From positions 2,032,829-2,096,828 of the forward strand of contig OY762959.1 of assembly GCA_963667205.1 (NCBI GenBank): 64,000 nucleotides of DNA, given 5' to 3'. Position numbers and translations under genes: made by a program. Origin of the DNA: Dehalococcoidia bacterium. Its GTDB lineage: Bacteria > Chloroflexota > Dehalococcoidia > SM23-28-2 > RBG-16-64-32. The notes below the pieces were generated by a model that saw only the letters and a list, made by a program, of their open reading frames with translations, ran no database searches and was not told where the DNA came from. Of this stretch, positions 7,920-17,527 are shown one piece after another (within the stretch, counting starts at the first letter, position 1; the number at the start of each line of letters is the position of its first letter).

Positions 7920-10900
7920 CTACGCGGTCAGCTGGCGGTAGAGCGTCGTGATGCGGGAGGGGAGCGATTCAATGTCGGGGACGACCTCGTACCCGATGTC
8001 CTGGCACATTTGCTTGAGGTAGTCGTGGCCGTAGCGGTCCACCGTGAGGCAGAAGGGCACCATCCCCTTGCGCTTGGCCTCCATCAGCGCCATGTGCGTG
8101 TCGTGGATCGCGTACTCCTTCTCGGTGCGGTCGCGGCCGTAGCCGTGGTCCTGCGGCCGTCCGTCGGAGACCAGGAAGAGGATGCGCACTTTGGAGTCGT
8201 GCTCCTCTAGCTTGTGGGTCGCGTGGCGGATCGCCGGGCCCATGCGCGTTGAGCGCACCGGCGCGATCTTGTCGATGCGCTTCTTGACGTGGTCGTTCAA
8301 CGACTCCTCGAGGTCCTTGACCACATAGAACTCGACGTTGTCGCGGCCGTAGCCGGAAAAGCCGTAGATGCCGTAGTCGTCGCCGATCGCTTCCAGCGCC
8401 TTGATCAGGAGGACGATGCTCTCCTTCTCGACGTCGATGATGCGCTTGGGCGGCGTCAGCAGCTCCTGTGCGCGGCGGGCCATCCACCAGGAGAAGTAGC
8501 GGCGCGGGTCGTCGTCGAAGTCGTCCTGCTGGTAACGGCGCTCGTGCTTGGCGATCTCCTCATCTGTCGATGCGCTCATGTCGAGAAGGAACGCCACGCT
8601 GACGTCGCGCTCGATCTTGTTCCGGCGCCAGTAAATCTTGTCGTCCGGCGTCACGCGCGCCCGGCGTTCCACAGCGAACTCGGTAACCGCGTCGAAGTCC
8701 AGGTCTTCGCCGTCCAGCAGGCGCTTGATCTTGCGGTACATCTCCGGGCGCAGCAACTCGAACTGGCGCTGCGTCTGAGCGACGAGCGATGAGTATTTGG
8801 ACAGCGTCTGCTCGTAGTACGAGGCCTGGCCTTCCGCCACCGGGTACTCAACGATGCGGCACCAGCGCGGGCGGTAGTCGCCGGCGCGGAAGTCCCACTC
8901 ATCGTAGAAGAAGTACTTGGGCTCGACCGCCAGCTCGTGCTCGTCGTCGGCGGTGCTCATGCCGGTCACCGGTTGGCCGTCCTCCAGCGGCACCGGCTGT
9001 TCCTTGCCGGGTCCCTGGTCCTGCTGCTGGTTGAGCTCCTTGATGAGGTTGGTGAGAAACAGCTCCGACGATTGGGTGAGGTCGGATTTGGCCATGTCGG
9101 CGATCGTGATCTCGACGCTCTTTTCCAGCATCTGCTTGAGCTGCTCCGGCGAGATCGGCGAGGCCTGTCCCTTCTCCTTCCGTTCCTGGCGCAGCTTCAT
9201 CAGCATCTGCACCGTCTCCGGCTTGAACTCGCCTCGGAAGTCGACGGGCTGCGGGCTCTCGTAGGGCATCGGCTCGCCCTGCGGCATGTCGACCTGCGCG
9301 TCGTCGCCCAGGGAGTCGGCCGACGACGGCGAGACGTTCAGGTCCTCTTCGCCCATCTCGACCCAGTCCTCGATCGTTTCCGGCACGACGTTGGGGATGC
9401 TCTCGGCCAGCCGGTAGAGGCGCAGCGTCGCCTCGGCGGAGTCTTCCACCAGGGCCTGCGGCTGTCGCAGCGTCTCCAGCACGCCGATGGCGTCGGACAT
9501 GATCTGGGTCAGCTGCTCGGGCCAGAAGATACGGTCGAGGCCGTCCAGGCTGGCGCGCACGAGGTTCTCGACGAACGCCTGCCGCAGCGGCATCTGGTTC
9601 GCCTGCGGTCGCCGCTCCAGCTCGCGCGACTGCCGTTCGCCGTACGGGCCGCGAATGCCGCCGTACTCGCGGCTGATGAGGACGTCGATCCGCGCGTCCT
9701 CGACGATCGCGAAGAGGTCGGACGCCAGCTTGCGGTCGGCGAAGATGTCGAAGAAGCGCTCCATATCGGTGAGCGGACCGTGCGGCGGCGCGACCTCGCC
9801 CGGCGCGTCGACGTGGCCGTCCGTGTCGATCGGTGGCGCTGGCACGGGCGCCGGCCGTTCCGCCTCCGCGCGGGCCCTTTCCGTGGGGAAGATCAGCCCG
9901 CCGCGCTCGAACTCGAATTCGAAGGTGCCGAACTCAAGGTGGCCTGCCTGGTGAGTGCAGTAGACCTTGTAGACGCCGAAGTTGCGGGGCTTTTCCTGGA
10001 ACTCCTCGACGTGCGGTGGCAGGAAGATGGCGCTGCCTTCGGTGGACGGTGCGTCGCCCTCCACCCAGCCGATGCCCTTGTCGGCGAGTGCCTCCGAAGA
10101 GTGGACGGCGACTTCGACGCCGGTGAGCGCCTTGCCGTACATCCGCAGAATGTCGGCGACGCGGCTCAGCTCGACCCGCGACGAAAGTGCCTCCAGCACC
10201 TCCTCGCCGCGGCTGGACTCCATGCGGAAGTAGGCCTCGCCGCCGTCGCTGCTCTGGTCGAGCAGCGCGCTGCCTTCGGCGTGCCACTCGGCGATCGTCT
10301 CGACGGGGATGCGTTCGAGCGCGGTCGAGGCCGTCTTGAGGAACTCCATAGCGGCGAGCGGCGAGCGTTCGACCAGCTCTTCCGCCAGCGAGAGCAGCAG
10401 CCCGTGGGACTCCTGATCGACCTGCGCCAACGCCCGCGAGGACTCGGCGAAGAAGGCGAAGGCCTGCCGGCCCTCGCGGCGTGCCAGCTCGCGTGCGAGG
10501 TTGAGGAAGCGTCCGCGCTGCATCCCCTGGACGTTGGCCAGCAGTGATGGGCCTTTCTCCAGGTAGGAGCGCGCGTCGGCCCAGCCGGTGGAAGCGAGCG
10601 CTTCGGCGAAGACCAGGAACGCCGTGCGGTCGTCGCCGTCCAGCGGATCGAGAGCCTTCGCCGCGATCGTCAGGCAGTGCGACGCCAGGTCGTACGAGCG
10701 GTCGCAGAGGGCGTCGACGAAGCGGACGAGGACGCGCGCTTCCTCGGCGCTGAGCCTGGCGAATAGCGCCGGGCTACCGTCGAAGAACTGCACGGCAAGC
10801 GACGCCGAACGCCACGTCCCTTTGTAGAGCAAGCTGCCGAGGCCGACCCAGTCGCCGATACGCGCTGGCGTGATGGCGGGCAGTGTACCCGGCGAGGCGC

Positions 10901-11216
10901 GAAAGAAGGATGCGGCCAGCGCAGAGGATAGCTCCGCCAGCTCCCGGCCGTGCGTTGCCCAGCGCACGAAGCCCGCGCTGCCCAGTAGCGGCAGCACCTG
11001 CGGCGTTACGCGGTAGTACTCGCCCGCCGCTTCCCACGAGCGCCACGATTGCCGCGCCAGATACAGGCCTTCCTCGGCCCAGGCGCGCAGCTCATCGTCG
11101 CTCATCAGTTCGGCGGTCTCGTCAGCGGCGCGCCGGAACTCGGCGACGAGGCTCGTCGAGAACGGCGTCAGCTGCTTCTCGTACGAGGCGTAGATGCGCT
11201 TGCGTTGCTTAGTCAT
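7920..11216 (-). CDS. Very large (1098 aa) NorD/CbbO-family von Willebrand factor A domain protein, partner of the upstream CbbQ/NorQ-type ATPase
   Basis: The C-terminal VWA domain has the MIDAS motif DMSAST, plus ILFLVSDGRPQD and PFCLTVD. The conserved pre-VWA region YFFYDEWDFRAGDYRPRWCRIVEYP matches the NorD/CbbO signature. A long acidic N-terminal region precedes it. The start lies 25 nt after the ATPase gene. Confidence 0.75.
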   Translation of the reverse strand: MTKQRKRIYASYEKQLTPFSTSLVAEFRRAADETAELMSDDELRAWAEEGLYLARQSWRSWEAAGEYYRVTPQVLPLLGSAGFVRWATHGRELAELSSALAASFFRASPGTLPAITPARIGDWVGLGSLLYKGTWRSASLAVQFFDGSPALFARLSAEEARVLVRFVDALCDRSYDLASHCLTIAAKALDPLDGDDRTAFLVFAEALASTGWADARSYLEKGPSLLANVQGMQRGRFLNLARELARREGRQAFAFFAESSRALAQVDQESHGLLLSLAEELVERSPLAAMEFLKTASTALERIPVETIAEWHAEGSALLDQSSDGGEAYFRMESSRGEEVLEALSSRVELSRVADILRMYGKALTGVEVAVHSSEALADKGIGWVEGDAPSTEGSAIFLPPHVEEFQEKPRNFGVYKVYCTHQAGHLEFGTFEFEFERGGLIFPTERARAEAERPAPVPAPPIDTDGHVDAPGEVAPPHGPLTDMERFFDIFADRKLASDLFAIVEDARIDVLISREYGGIRGPYGERQSRELERRPQANQMPLRQAFVENLVRASLDGLDRIFWPEQLTQIMSDAIGVLETLRQPQALVEDSAEATLRLYRLAESIPNVVPETIEDWVEMGEEDLNVSPSSADSLGDDAQVDMPQGEPMPYESPQPVDFRGEFKPETVQMLMKLRQERKEKGQASPISPEQLKQMLEKSVEITIADMAKSDLTQSSELFLTNLIKELNQQQDQGPGKEQPVPLEDGQPVTGMSTADDEHELAVEPKYFFYDEWDFRAGDYRPRWCRIVEYPVAEGQASYYEQTLSKYSSLVAQTQRQFELLRPEMYRKIKRLLDGEDLDFDAVTEFAVERRARVTPDDKIYWRRNKIERDVSVAFLLDMSASTDEEIAKHERRYQQDDFDDDPRRYFSWWMARRAQELLTPPKRIIDVEKESIVLLIKALEAIGDDYGIYGFSGYGRDNVEFYVVKDLEESLNDHVKKRIDKIAPVRSTRMGPAIRHATHKLEEHDSKVRILFLVSDGRPQDHGYGRDRTEKEYAIHDTHMALMEAKRKGMVPFCLTVDRYGHDYLKQMCQDIGYEVVPDIESLPSRITTLYRQLTA

Positions 11217-11241
11217 CGCGGTCCACCGTGCGCGGCGCCCG

Positions 11242-12129
11242 CTACTCGAAGATCGAAGAGACTACCTCTTCGATGCTCCGCTGGACGTCGGCGTCGTCCG
11301 TCAGCGCCCAGGTCACTGCCACCTGGCAGGCGCGCCGCGCGCTGATGCCCTGGTGGATCAGCTTGCCGGCGTAGATCAGGAGGCGCGTGCTGACGCCTTC
11401 CGCCAGGCCGTGCTCCTTGAGGTGGCGCACCTTCTCGCCCAGCTTCGCCAGCTCGGCGGCGATAGCCTCCGAGACGCCCGCTTCTTTGGCGATGATTCTC
11501 GTTTCCAGGTCGCGGGGCGGGTATCCGAACTCGATCGCCATGAAGCGCTGGCGGGTGCTGTGCTTGAGGTCCTTGAGCGCGCTCTGGTAGCCGGGGTTGT
11601 ACGAGATCACGAGCACAAAGCCGTCGCGCGCCTCGACGATCTGGCCGAGCTTCTCGATCGGCAGCAGGCGGCGGTGGTCGGTGAGGGGGTGGATGAGGAC
11701 GGTCGTGTCCTTGCGCGCCTCGACGATCTCGTCGAGGTAGCAGATCGCGCCCACCTTCGCCGCGCGCGTCAGCGGGCCGTCTACCCAGCGCGTCGAATCG
11801 CCCTCCAGCAGGTAGCGGCCGACGAGGTCGGAGGCGGTGAGGTCTTCGTGGCAGGCGACGGTCACGAGTGGACGGCCGGACTCCTCGCCGTTCTTGGATC
11901 CGCCGCCGCCGTCGCGCATCACGGTCACCGGGCGGCCGAACTTGTACGCCATGTATTCGACGAATCGGGTCTTGCCGCAACCGGTCGGGCCCTTGAGGAG
12001 CACTGGGATCTTTTCCGCGTAGGCGGCCTCGAAGAGTTCGACCTCGTCGTTTACGGGCTCGTAGTAGGGCTCCGCCATGACGATGTACTCTTCGATGGCG
12101 TACTGGCGGTAAGTTGATTCGGTCGTCAT
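11242..12129 (-). CDS. CbbQ/NirQ/NorQ/GvpN-family MoxR-type AAA+ ATPase
   Basis: Has the N-terminal EPYYEP motif, Walker A GPTGCGKT, Walker B ICYLDEI, and VISYNPGYQ...RF(M)AIEF, which are characteristic of CbbQ/NorQ. Full length of 295 aa. Confidence 0.85.
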   Translation of the reverse strand: MTTESTYRQYAIEEYIVMAEPYYEPVNDEVELFEAAYAEKIPVLLKGPTGCGKTRFVEYMAYKFGRPVTVMRDGGGGSKNGEESGRPLVTVACHEDLTASDLVGRYLLEGDSTRWVDGPLTRAAKVGAICYLDEIVEARKDTTVLIHPLTDHRRLLPIEKLGQIVEARDGFVLVISYNPGYQSALKDLKHSTRQRFMAIEFGYPPRDLETRIIAKEAGVSEAIAAELAKLGEKVRHLKEHGLAEGVSTRLLIYAGKLIHQGISARRACQVAVTWALTDDADVQRSIEEVVSSIFE

Positions 12130-12235
12130 CTAGTGTCCCCTCAGACGGTCGTTTCTTCTTCTAGCATACATTAGGGGGTGCGTGGAACATCGACCCCGGA
12201 GGCCGGAACAGACGCGCATCCGGGCCCCTGTGGCC

Positions 12236-12844
12236 TCAAGTCTGACCCAGCTTCGAACGCAGCTTCTCCCAGGCATCCAGCGCTTGCCGCTTCGTGCCTT
12301 CGAGATCGCAGTCTGTATCGATCACCACATGGGCGTCGCGTGTGCGCTCTTCGTTCGACATCTGGCTCTTGATGCGCTCCAGCACCTGCTCCTCTGGGAG
12401 GCCGCTGCGTTCCGACGTGCGCCGGGCGGCGATGTCGGGAGCCACGGCGGTCACCCAGGTCTCGTCCGCCAGGTCGTCCCATTCCGCCTCGAATAGAAGC
12501 GCCGCCTCCAGCACGGCGATCTCGACGCCTTCTCGCGCCAGCGCCGTGAGGCGGTCGCGCATCATGCCTTTCATCCGCGGGTGCGTGATCGAGTTCAGCG
12601 CCATCAGGTGCTTCGGGTCCGAGAAGACGATTGCGCCCAGCTTCTTGCGGTCGATCGTGCCGTCATCGGCCACGACCTCGCGCCCAAACCGGTCGACGAT
12701 CTCCTGCCAGGCCGGGTGGCCGGGGCTGTAGACCTCGTGGCCGATGATGTCGGCGCTGAGGATCGTTCCGCCCTGCTCCTCGAGCACCGCAGCGACGGTG
12801 GACTTGCCGCTGCCGATGCCGCCTGTGAGACCGATAACATACAT
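12236..12844 (-). CDS. coaE: Dephospho-CoA kinase
   Basis: Begins MYVIGLTGGIGSGKST (P-loop) and carries the ITHP motif. The start is chosen at the internal ATG (12842-12844), which is preceded by a GAGGCGGA-like SD. The upstream part of ORF 12236-12898 is not needed. Confidence 0.85.
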   Translation of the reverse strand: MYVIGLTGGIGSGKSTVAAVLEEQGGTILSADIIGHEVYSPGHPAWQEIVDRFGREVVADDGTIDRKKLGAIVFSDPKHLMALNSITHPRMKGMMRDRLTALAREGVEIAVLEAALLFEAEWDDLADETWVTAVAPDIAARRTSERSGLPEEQVLERIKSQMSNEERTRDAHVVIDTDCDLEGTKRQALDAWEKLRSKLGQT

Positions 12845-12957
12845 GGCGTCCGCCTCTGAGTAAGGGAGATGAAAGAGCGCGCCCCGACGTGCGCGCACCC
12901 CGATTTTAGGTAGACCGCGGCGCGAGGGTCAAGGAAGACTGTTCGGGGATGTTGGCG

Positions 12958-13410
12958 CTAGTCGCCAAGCCAGAGTTCGTAGTTCATCGCGCGGTCCATG
13001 CCCTCACGCTCGTAGAAGCGGTGGGCGTCCACCCGGCCCCAGCCGGAGCTGAGCGCCAGATGCGTGCAGCCCTGCCGGCGCGCCCAGTCGGTGGCGGCTG
13101 CCAGGAGCGCCTTGCCCACGCCGCCGCTGCGCACGGCCCGGTCGACGACGAGGTCCTGCAGCCACGTGCGCTGACCGTAGCGGATCGATTCGATGTCGCG
13201 ATATACGGACGCCAGCCCGACCAGCGAGCCGTCGTCCAGCGCGAGGAGGACGTCAGAGTGCTCGTCCTCCACCGCCGAGCGGAAGCCGTCGCTGCCGCGC
13301 TTGCGCGTGTAGCCGGGCGCCGGTGCGCCGGGTGCGTCGAAGAGCTGCTCAAGCAGAGCGAGGAACGCCGGCTCGTCGGCGCGTGTGGCGGGCCGAATGG
13401 CGATGCTCAT
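12958..13410 (-). CDS. GNAT-family N-acetyltransferase
   Basis: Shows the acetyl-CoA binding motif region VDRAVRSGGVGKALLAAATDWARRQG. 150 aa. Confidence 0.8.
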   Translation of the reverse strand: MSIAIRPATRADEPAFLALLEQLFDAPGAPAPGYTRKRGSDGFRSAVEDEHSDVLLALDDGSLVGLASVYRDIESIRYGQRTWLQDLVVDRAVRSGGVGKALLAAATDWARRQGCTHLALSSGWGRVDAHRFYEREGMDRAMNYELWLGD

Positions 13411-13433
13411 CCTGTTCTACGGGCCACCGGACG

Positions 13434-14255
13434 CTACTTGGCCGCTGCGAAGTGGCTACGGTGACCGCCGAGGAAGGCCAGCACCGCACTGTTGACGGCG
13501 AGGGCGCGCTCGGTCAGGAAGCCGTGACCAGCGCCCTCGAACGGCACGAAATGGGCGTCCGGGATGTGTCTGGCGAGTAGCTCCTGGTTAGGGAAGGGTA
13601 CGATCTGATCTTCGGTTGCGCCCATCACCATCGTCGGCGTCTCGATCTTGCCCAGCAGCCCGTGGGCGTTGAAGCTCATGATGGCCATCACCTGCTTCTG
13701 AAGTGCGTGCGGCGGCGCCATGAGGCTCATGTTTGCGAGCGAGCGCTGCAACAGCCAATCGCGCTTCTTCGCCAGGAACGCCTCGCTGTAGAAGAGCTTG
13801 AGGCCCGCTGCCACGGCCTCTTCCATCGAGTTGACGCCGTTACTGACGAACTGCTGGAAGACCTTCGGGTCGGGGAACGTGGCCTGCGGGCCGCCGGCCA
13901 TCGTCCCGGCCAGGATCAGCGACCGAACGCGGGCGCGGTGGCGGTGGTGCATCTCCTGCGCGATCATGCCGCCCATTGACATGCCGAAGACGTGCGCCTC
14001 CTTGATGCCCAGCTCGTCCATCAGCGCAGCGGTATCGTCCGCCATCTGGCGGATGCTGTACGGTTCGTCCGGCGCCTCGCTGCGGCCCGCGCCGCGGTTG
14101 TCGAAGGCGATCAACTGGTACTCGCGCGAAAGCGGCTCCAGCTGGGAGTCCCAGGCCGTGACGTTGGCGCCGAGGCCCATGATCATGACGACAGGCTCGC
14201 CACTCCCGTGCAACTCGTAGTAAAGCTCGACGCCGTTAACGCGGACCTTGGTCAT
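13434..14255 (-). CDS. Alpha/beta-fold hydrolase
   Basis: Has the nucleophile elbow GMSMGG and a characteristic N-terminal beta-strand and HG-like region (VVMIMGLGAN). 273 aa. Confidence 0.8.
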   Translation of the reverse strand: MTKVRVNGVELYYELHGSGEPVVMIMGLGANVTAWDSQLEPLSREYQLIAFDNRGAGRSEAPDEPYSIRQMADDTAALMDELGIKEAHVFGMSMGGMIAQEMHHRHRARVRSLILAGTMAGGPQATFPDPKVFQQFVSNGVNSMEEAVAAGLKLFYSEAFLAKKRDWLLQRSLANMSLMAPPHALQKQVMAIMSFNAHGLLGKIETPTMVMGATEDQIVPFPNQELLARHIPDAHFVPFEGAGHGFLTERALAVNSAVLAFLGGHRSHFAAAK

Positions 14256-14258
14256 GCG

Positions 14259-16016
14259 CTACACCGCCGCCGGCAGCTTCTCGGGGTCCAGCGGCTGGTA
14301 GCGGGTGACGGCGTCGAAGAGATCGAGGGCGGAGCGGTCGTCGCTGATGCCGCGCAAGGCGCCGGTTCCGCCGAGGCGCTCGCGGATGAAGAAGCGCGCG
14401 ACGGCCGCCTTGCGGGCGTCGCCGCTCGCGTCCAGTTCGCCCTGGGCGGTCTCCAGCAGGAGCGCCGCCTGCGCCAGGTCCGAAAGGGCGGCGGTGATGC
14501 GGCGCGCGTTGAGCTGGCGGACGTCACCGTCGGCGCGCGCTGTGAAGGCGATGATCTCCTGCGCCTCGCGGCGGGCCTGCGCCACGGCGTCCTTCATCGG
14601 CGTGAGAGATGAGTGCGAGACGGCCGAGAGGGCCGAGTCGACGCGGTTGAGGAGCGCGTCGTGGGCGCTCTCTTTGCCCATCGCGCGCAAGACGTCGAGG
14701 CAGATGATGTTTTCGGTGCCCTCCCAGATCGTGTGGCACTGGGCGTCGCGGAGCTGGCGTGCAGTCGGGAACGTCTCGATGTAGCCGTTGCCGCCGTGCA
14801 TCTCCACGGCCTGGCTGGCCAGCTCTAGGCCGCCGCGGGCGCCCTTGAACTTGGTCAGCGGCACGAGAATGCGGTACAGGCGCCGGCCCTCTTCGTCGCC
14901 CTTGCCGGCCGCTAGCGACGACGCCTCGAAGACGATCGCCGAAACGGCCTCGACGGCGACGACCATGTTGACGAGCGTCTCCTGCACCAGCGGCAGCTGG
15001 TCCAGGCGCTTGCCGAAGGCCATGCGGTTGGCGGCGTAGATCGCCGACTCGACGAACGAGCGGCGCATGATGCCGAGGCCCATGGTCGCCACGCCCATGC
15101 GCGAGCCGTTGACCATACCCATCATGCGGTTGAGGCCGCGCGTCTCGGACGCGGCGGCGGTGGGGTTGCTCATGATGTGCGCCTCGGCGTCGATGAGCTC
15201 GATCTCTGCCGTGGGGACAGAGCGCGTGCCGAGCTTGTCCTTCAGGCGCTTGATGTGGATGCCGTTGCGCAAGCCGTCCGAGCGCTCGCCGGGGACGAGA
15301 AAGAGCGCCAGTCCGCGCAAGCCCTCATCGGCTCCTTCGGGCCGGGCCAGCGTAGCGATCGCCCTGGCGTCGACGTTGGAGCAGAACCACTTGGCGCCGT
15401 TGAGCACCCACTTGCCGTTCACCAGCTTCGCCGTCGTCTCGCTGGACGCCAGGTCAGAGCCGCCGCGGATCTCCGTCATGAACATCGCGCCGTCCCAGGA
15501 CCCGTCGTAGGTGGGCGATTGCAGGCGCGGCAGGATCTGTTCGCGCACATCGGGCGGAGCGTAGCGGTCGACGAGCGCCTCGACGCCGCCGGTCATGCCG
15601 GTGGCACAGACCATGCCGGTGTCGGACTGGCTGAGGAGGTAGGTGAAGGCAGAGCCGAGCACTGTCGGAATGTCGCGGCCTTCGCGCGCGGCGGTGCCGT
15701 GCGGGCCTTCGTTCCAGACGTCACGCTTCTGTGCGATCGCCGAGGGGTGGTGGACGACGCTGGCGATCTCCTCGCCCCAGCGGTCGTAGCGCTCAAGGCG
15801 CGGTGGGTTCTTGTCGATGATCTCCGCGCGCTCGGCCATCGGCCCGCCGCAGAGCTCGCCCCAGCGCTGGAGGATGCCTTCGGCCCAGTCGCGGTCGGCG
15901 GGCGGGACGTAGCGGTCCATCAGCTTGCTCAGGTTGGGGTCGATCTCGTACCAGTTGAGGCCGACCGCTGATTCGCTCTTCGCGTAGTCGATTGTGCCGT
16001 TCGTCTTCGCCGTCAT
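14259..16016 (-). CDS. Acyl-CoA dehydrogenase family protein (AidB-like, long N-terminal extension)
   Basis: 585 aa. Shows the acyl-CoA dehydrogenase middle and C-terminal motifs FMTEIRGGSDLA, WFCSN and QVEMHGGNGYIE. Confidence 0.8.
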   Translation of the reverse strand: MTAKTNGTIDYAKSESAVGLNWYEIDPNLSKLMDRYVPPADRDWAEGILQRWGELCGGPMAERAEIIDKNPPRLERYDRWGEEIASVVHHPSAIAQKRDVWNEGPHGTAAREGRDIPTVLGSAFTYLLSQSDTGMVCATGMTGGVEALVDRYAPPDVREQILPRLQSPTYDGSWDGAMFMTEIRGGSDLASSETTAKLVNGKWVLNGAKWFCSNVDARAIATLARPEGADEGLRGLALFLVPGERSDGLRNGIHIKRLKDKLGTRSVPTAEIELIDAEAHIMSNPTAAASETRGLNRMMGMVNGSRMGVATMGLGIMRRSFVESAIYAANRMAFGKRLDQLPLVQETLVNMVVAVEAVSAIVFEASSLAAGKGDEEGRRLYRILVPLTKFKGARGGLELASQAVEMHGGNGYIETFPTARQLRDAQCHTIWEGTENIICLDVLRAMGKESAHDALLNRVDSALSAVSHSSLTPMKDAVAQARREAQEIIAFTARADGDVRQLNARRITAALSDLAQAALLLETAQGELDASGDARKAAVARFFIRERLGGTGALRGISDDRSALDLFDAVTRYQPLDPEKLPAAV

Positions 16017-16056
16017 AACGCGTCCCCCGGTCAGTGATTTCGCCCCGATTGTACTC

Positions 16057-17415
16057 CTATGGAGTGGAGTCCGCCGTCGGCGTCGCTGTAGCGGTCTCCG
16101 TTGGCGCCGGCGTTTCTGTGGACCCGTCGGCCTTCGTGAGTACGTCGACCAGAATGATATCGAAGATCAGCGTCGCGCCGGCGGGGATGCTCCCCTGGCC
16201 TGTATCGCCGTATGCGAGATCGGCCGGGATGATGAGCCGCCGCGAACCGCCTTCGGCCAGGCCGGGCAGGCCCTGCTCCCAGCCCTGGATCACGCCGCCG
16301 GCGCCGATCGTCACCGGGAACGTCGCGGGCCGGTTGATCGAGCTGTCGAAGCGCTCGCCGGTCTCCTGCAGCCAGCCGGTGTAGTTGACGGCCACCGTAT
16401 CGCCGGTCTGGGCGACTTCGCCCGAGCCGGGCTCAAAGTCGATGTAGACGAGGCCGGAGTCGAGCGTCACCTCTTCGCCCGTGACCTCGGGCGGGTTGTC
16501 GTCGGGGACGCCGGGCGTTTGGGCCGGCGGTGTCGGCACCGGCGTCGGCGTCGGCGGCGGCGACGGAGGCGCCGGTACGAGGATGTCGACGAGTACGATG
16601 TCGAAGATCAGCGTTGAGTTAGCCGGTATGTTGCCTCGTTCCTGCGATCCGTAAGCGAGCTCAGGCGGGATGATCAGCCGGCGCTTGCCACCCTCCAATA
16701 GGTCGACGATGCCCTCGTCCCAGCCCGCGATTACGCTCCCGGCACCGATGACCACCTGGAAAGTGGTGGCCCGGCTGATTGAGCTGTCGAACCTGACGCC
16801 GGTCTCCTGCAGCCAACCGGTGTAGTCGACGGCGACGGTTGCGCCGTTCTCCGCGACATCGCCGGTGCCCGGCTCAAAGTCGACGTAGACGAGGCCCGAT
16901 TCTGTCGTGATCTCATCGCCCGTGATTTCCGGCGGGCTATCGTCCGGCACGCCGGGTATATGGGCCGGCAGGGTAGGTCCGGGAGTGGGCGTGACGCCCG
17001 GTGTCGTCGGACTGATCACCAGGTCTTCGCCGCTGTCGCTGCCGAGCAGGAGGACGATCCCGAGCACGGCGACAACGGTGGCGACGAGCGTGCCGGTCGC
17101 GGCCAGGACGAAGCGGTTCGACAGCACGTCACTCGGTAGCACGGTGCCCGCGACGTCGCCGCCGCGCCGCGTTTCGCGGTCGTACTCTCGCCGTTTCTCG
17201 CGGTCGCTCAGTACGGCGAACGCCTCTTGCACTTCGGCGTGGCGCTGGGCGGCGCGCGGCTTGCGGCTCGTCTCCGGATCGTACGTGCGAGAGAGTCGCT
17301 CGTGGGCGCGCTCAATCTCGTCTAGGGTAGCGTTCCGGTTGACCTGGAGTATTGCGTAGTAGTCTAGTTCATTCGCCACGGGCCGCTGGCCTCCTGTCTG
17401 GAAGGCGCCCGCCAT
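16057..17415 (-). CDS. J-domain protein fused through a transmembrane segment to two tandem FKBP-type peptidyl-prolyl isomerase domains
   Basis: N-terminal DYYAILQV...YDP is a DnaJ J-domain with the HPD-like region. A hydrophobic segment LAATGTLVATVVAVLGIVLLL follows. Two near-identical FKBP domains (GLVYVDFEPGTGD...TLIFDIVLVD and GLVYIDFEPGSGE...TLIFDIILVD) are separated by a Pro/Thr linker. Confidence 0.8.
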   Translation of the reverse strand: MAGAFQTGGQRPVANELDYYAILQVNRNATLDEIERAHERLSRTYDPETSRKPRAAQRHAEVQEAFAVLSDREKRREYDRETRRGGDVAGTVLPSDVLSNRFVLAATGTLVATVVAVLGIVLLLGSDSGEDLVISPTTPGVTPTPGPTLPAHIPGVPDDSPPEITGDEITTESGLVYVDFEPGTGDVAENGATVAVDYTGWLQETGVRFDSSISRATTFQVVIGAGSVIAGWDEGIVDLLEGGKRRLIIPPELAYGSQERGNIPANSTLIFDIVLVDILVPAPPSPPPTPTPVPTPPAQTPGVPDDNPPEVTGEEVTLDSGLVYIDFEPGSGEVAQTGDTVAVNYTGWLQETGERFDSSINRPATFPVTIGAGGVIQGWEQGLPGLAEGGSRRLIIPADLAYGDTGQGSIPAGATLIFDIILVDVLTKADGSTETPAPTETATATPTADSTP

Positions 17416-17527
17416 GCGGACAGGCGCGTGGCGTCAATTGTAGGCAGACCGACTAGGGCGGGACAAGGATCGGCGTGACAGGCGGACAGGGACAGGTAGC
17501 AGGTGAGGCGCGCGTCAGTCTCTGGCG

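Noticed and set aside
12130-12235. Searched intergenic gaps for tRNA, tmRNA or other structured RNA genes. The gaps were 344-438, 12130-12235, 17416-17527, 26526-26667, 36001-36122, 44988-45309 and 59489-59723.
   Set aside because: No cloverleaf-compatible sequence (acceptor stem with T-loop GTTCxAxxC) was found. The hairpins present are explained as terminators or promoter elements.
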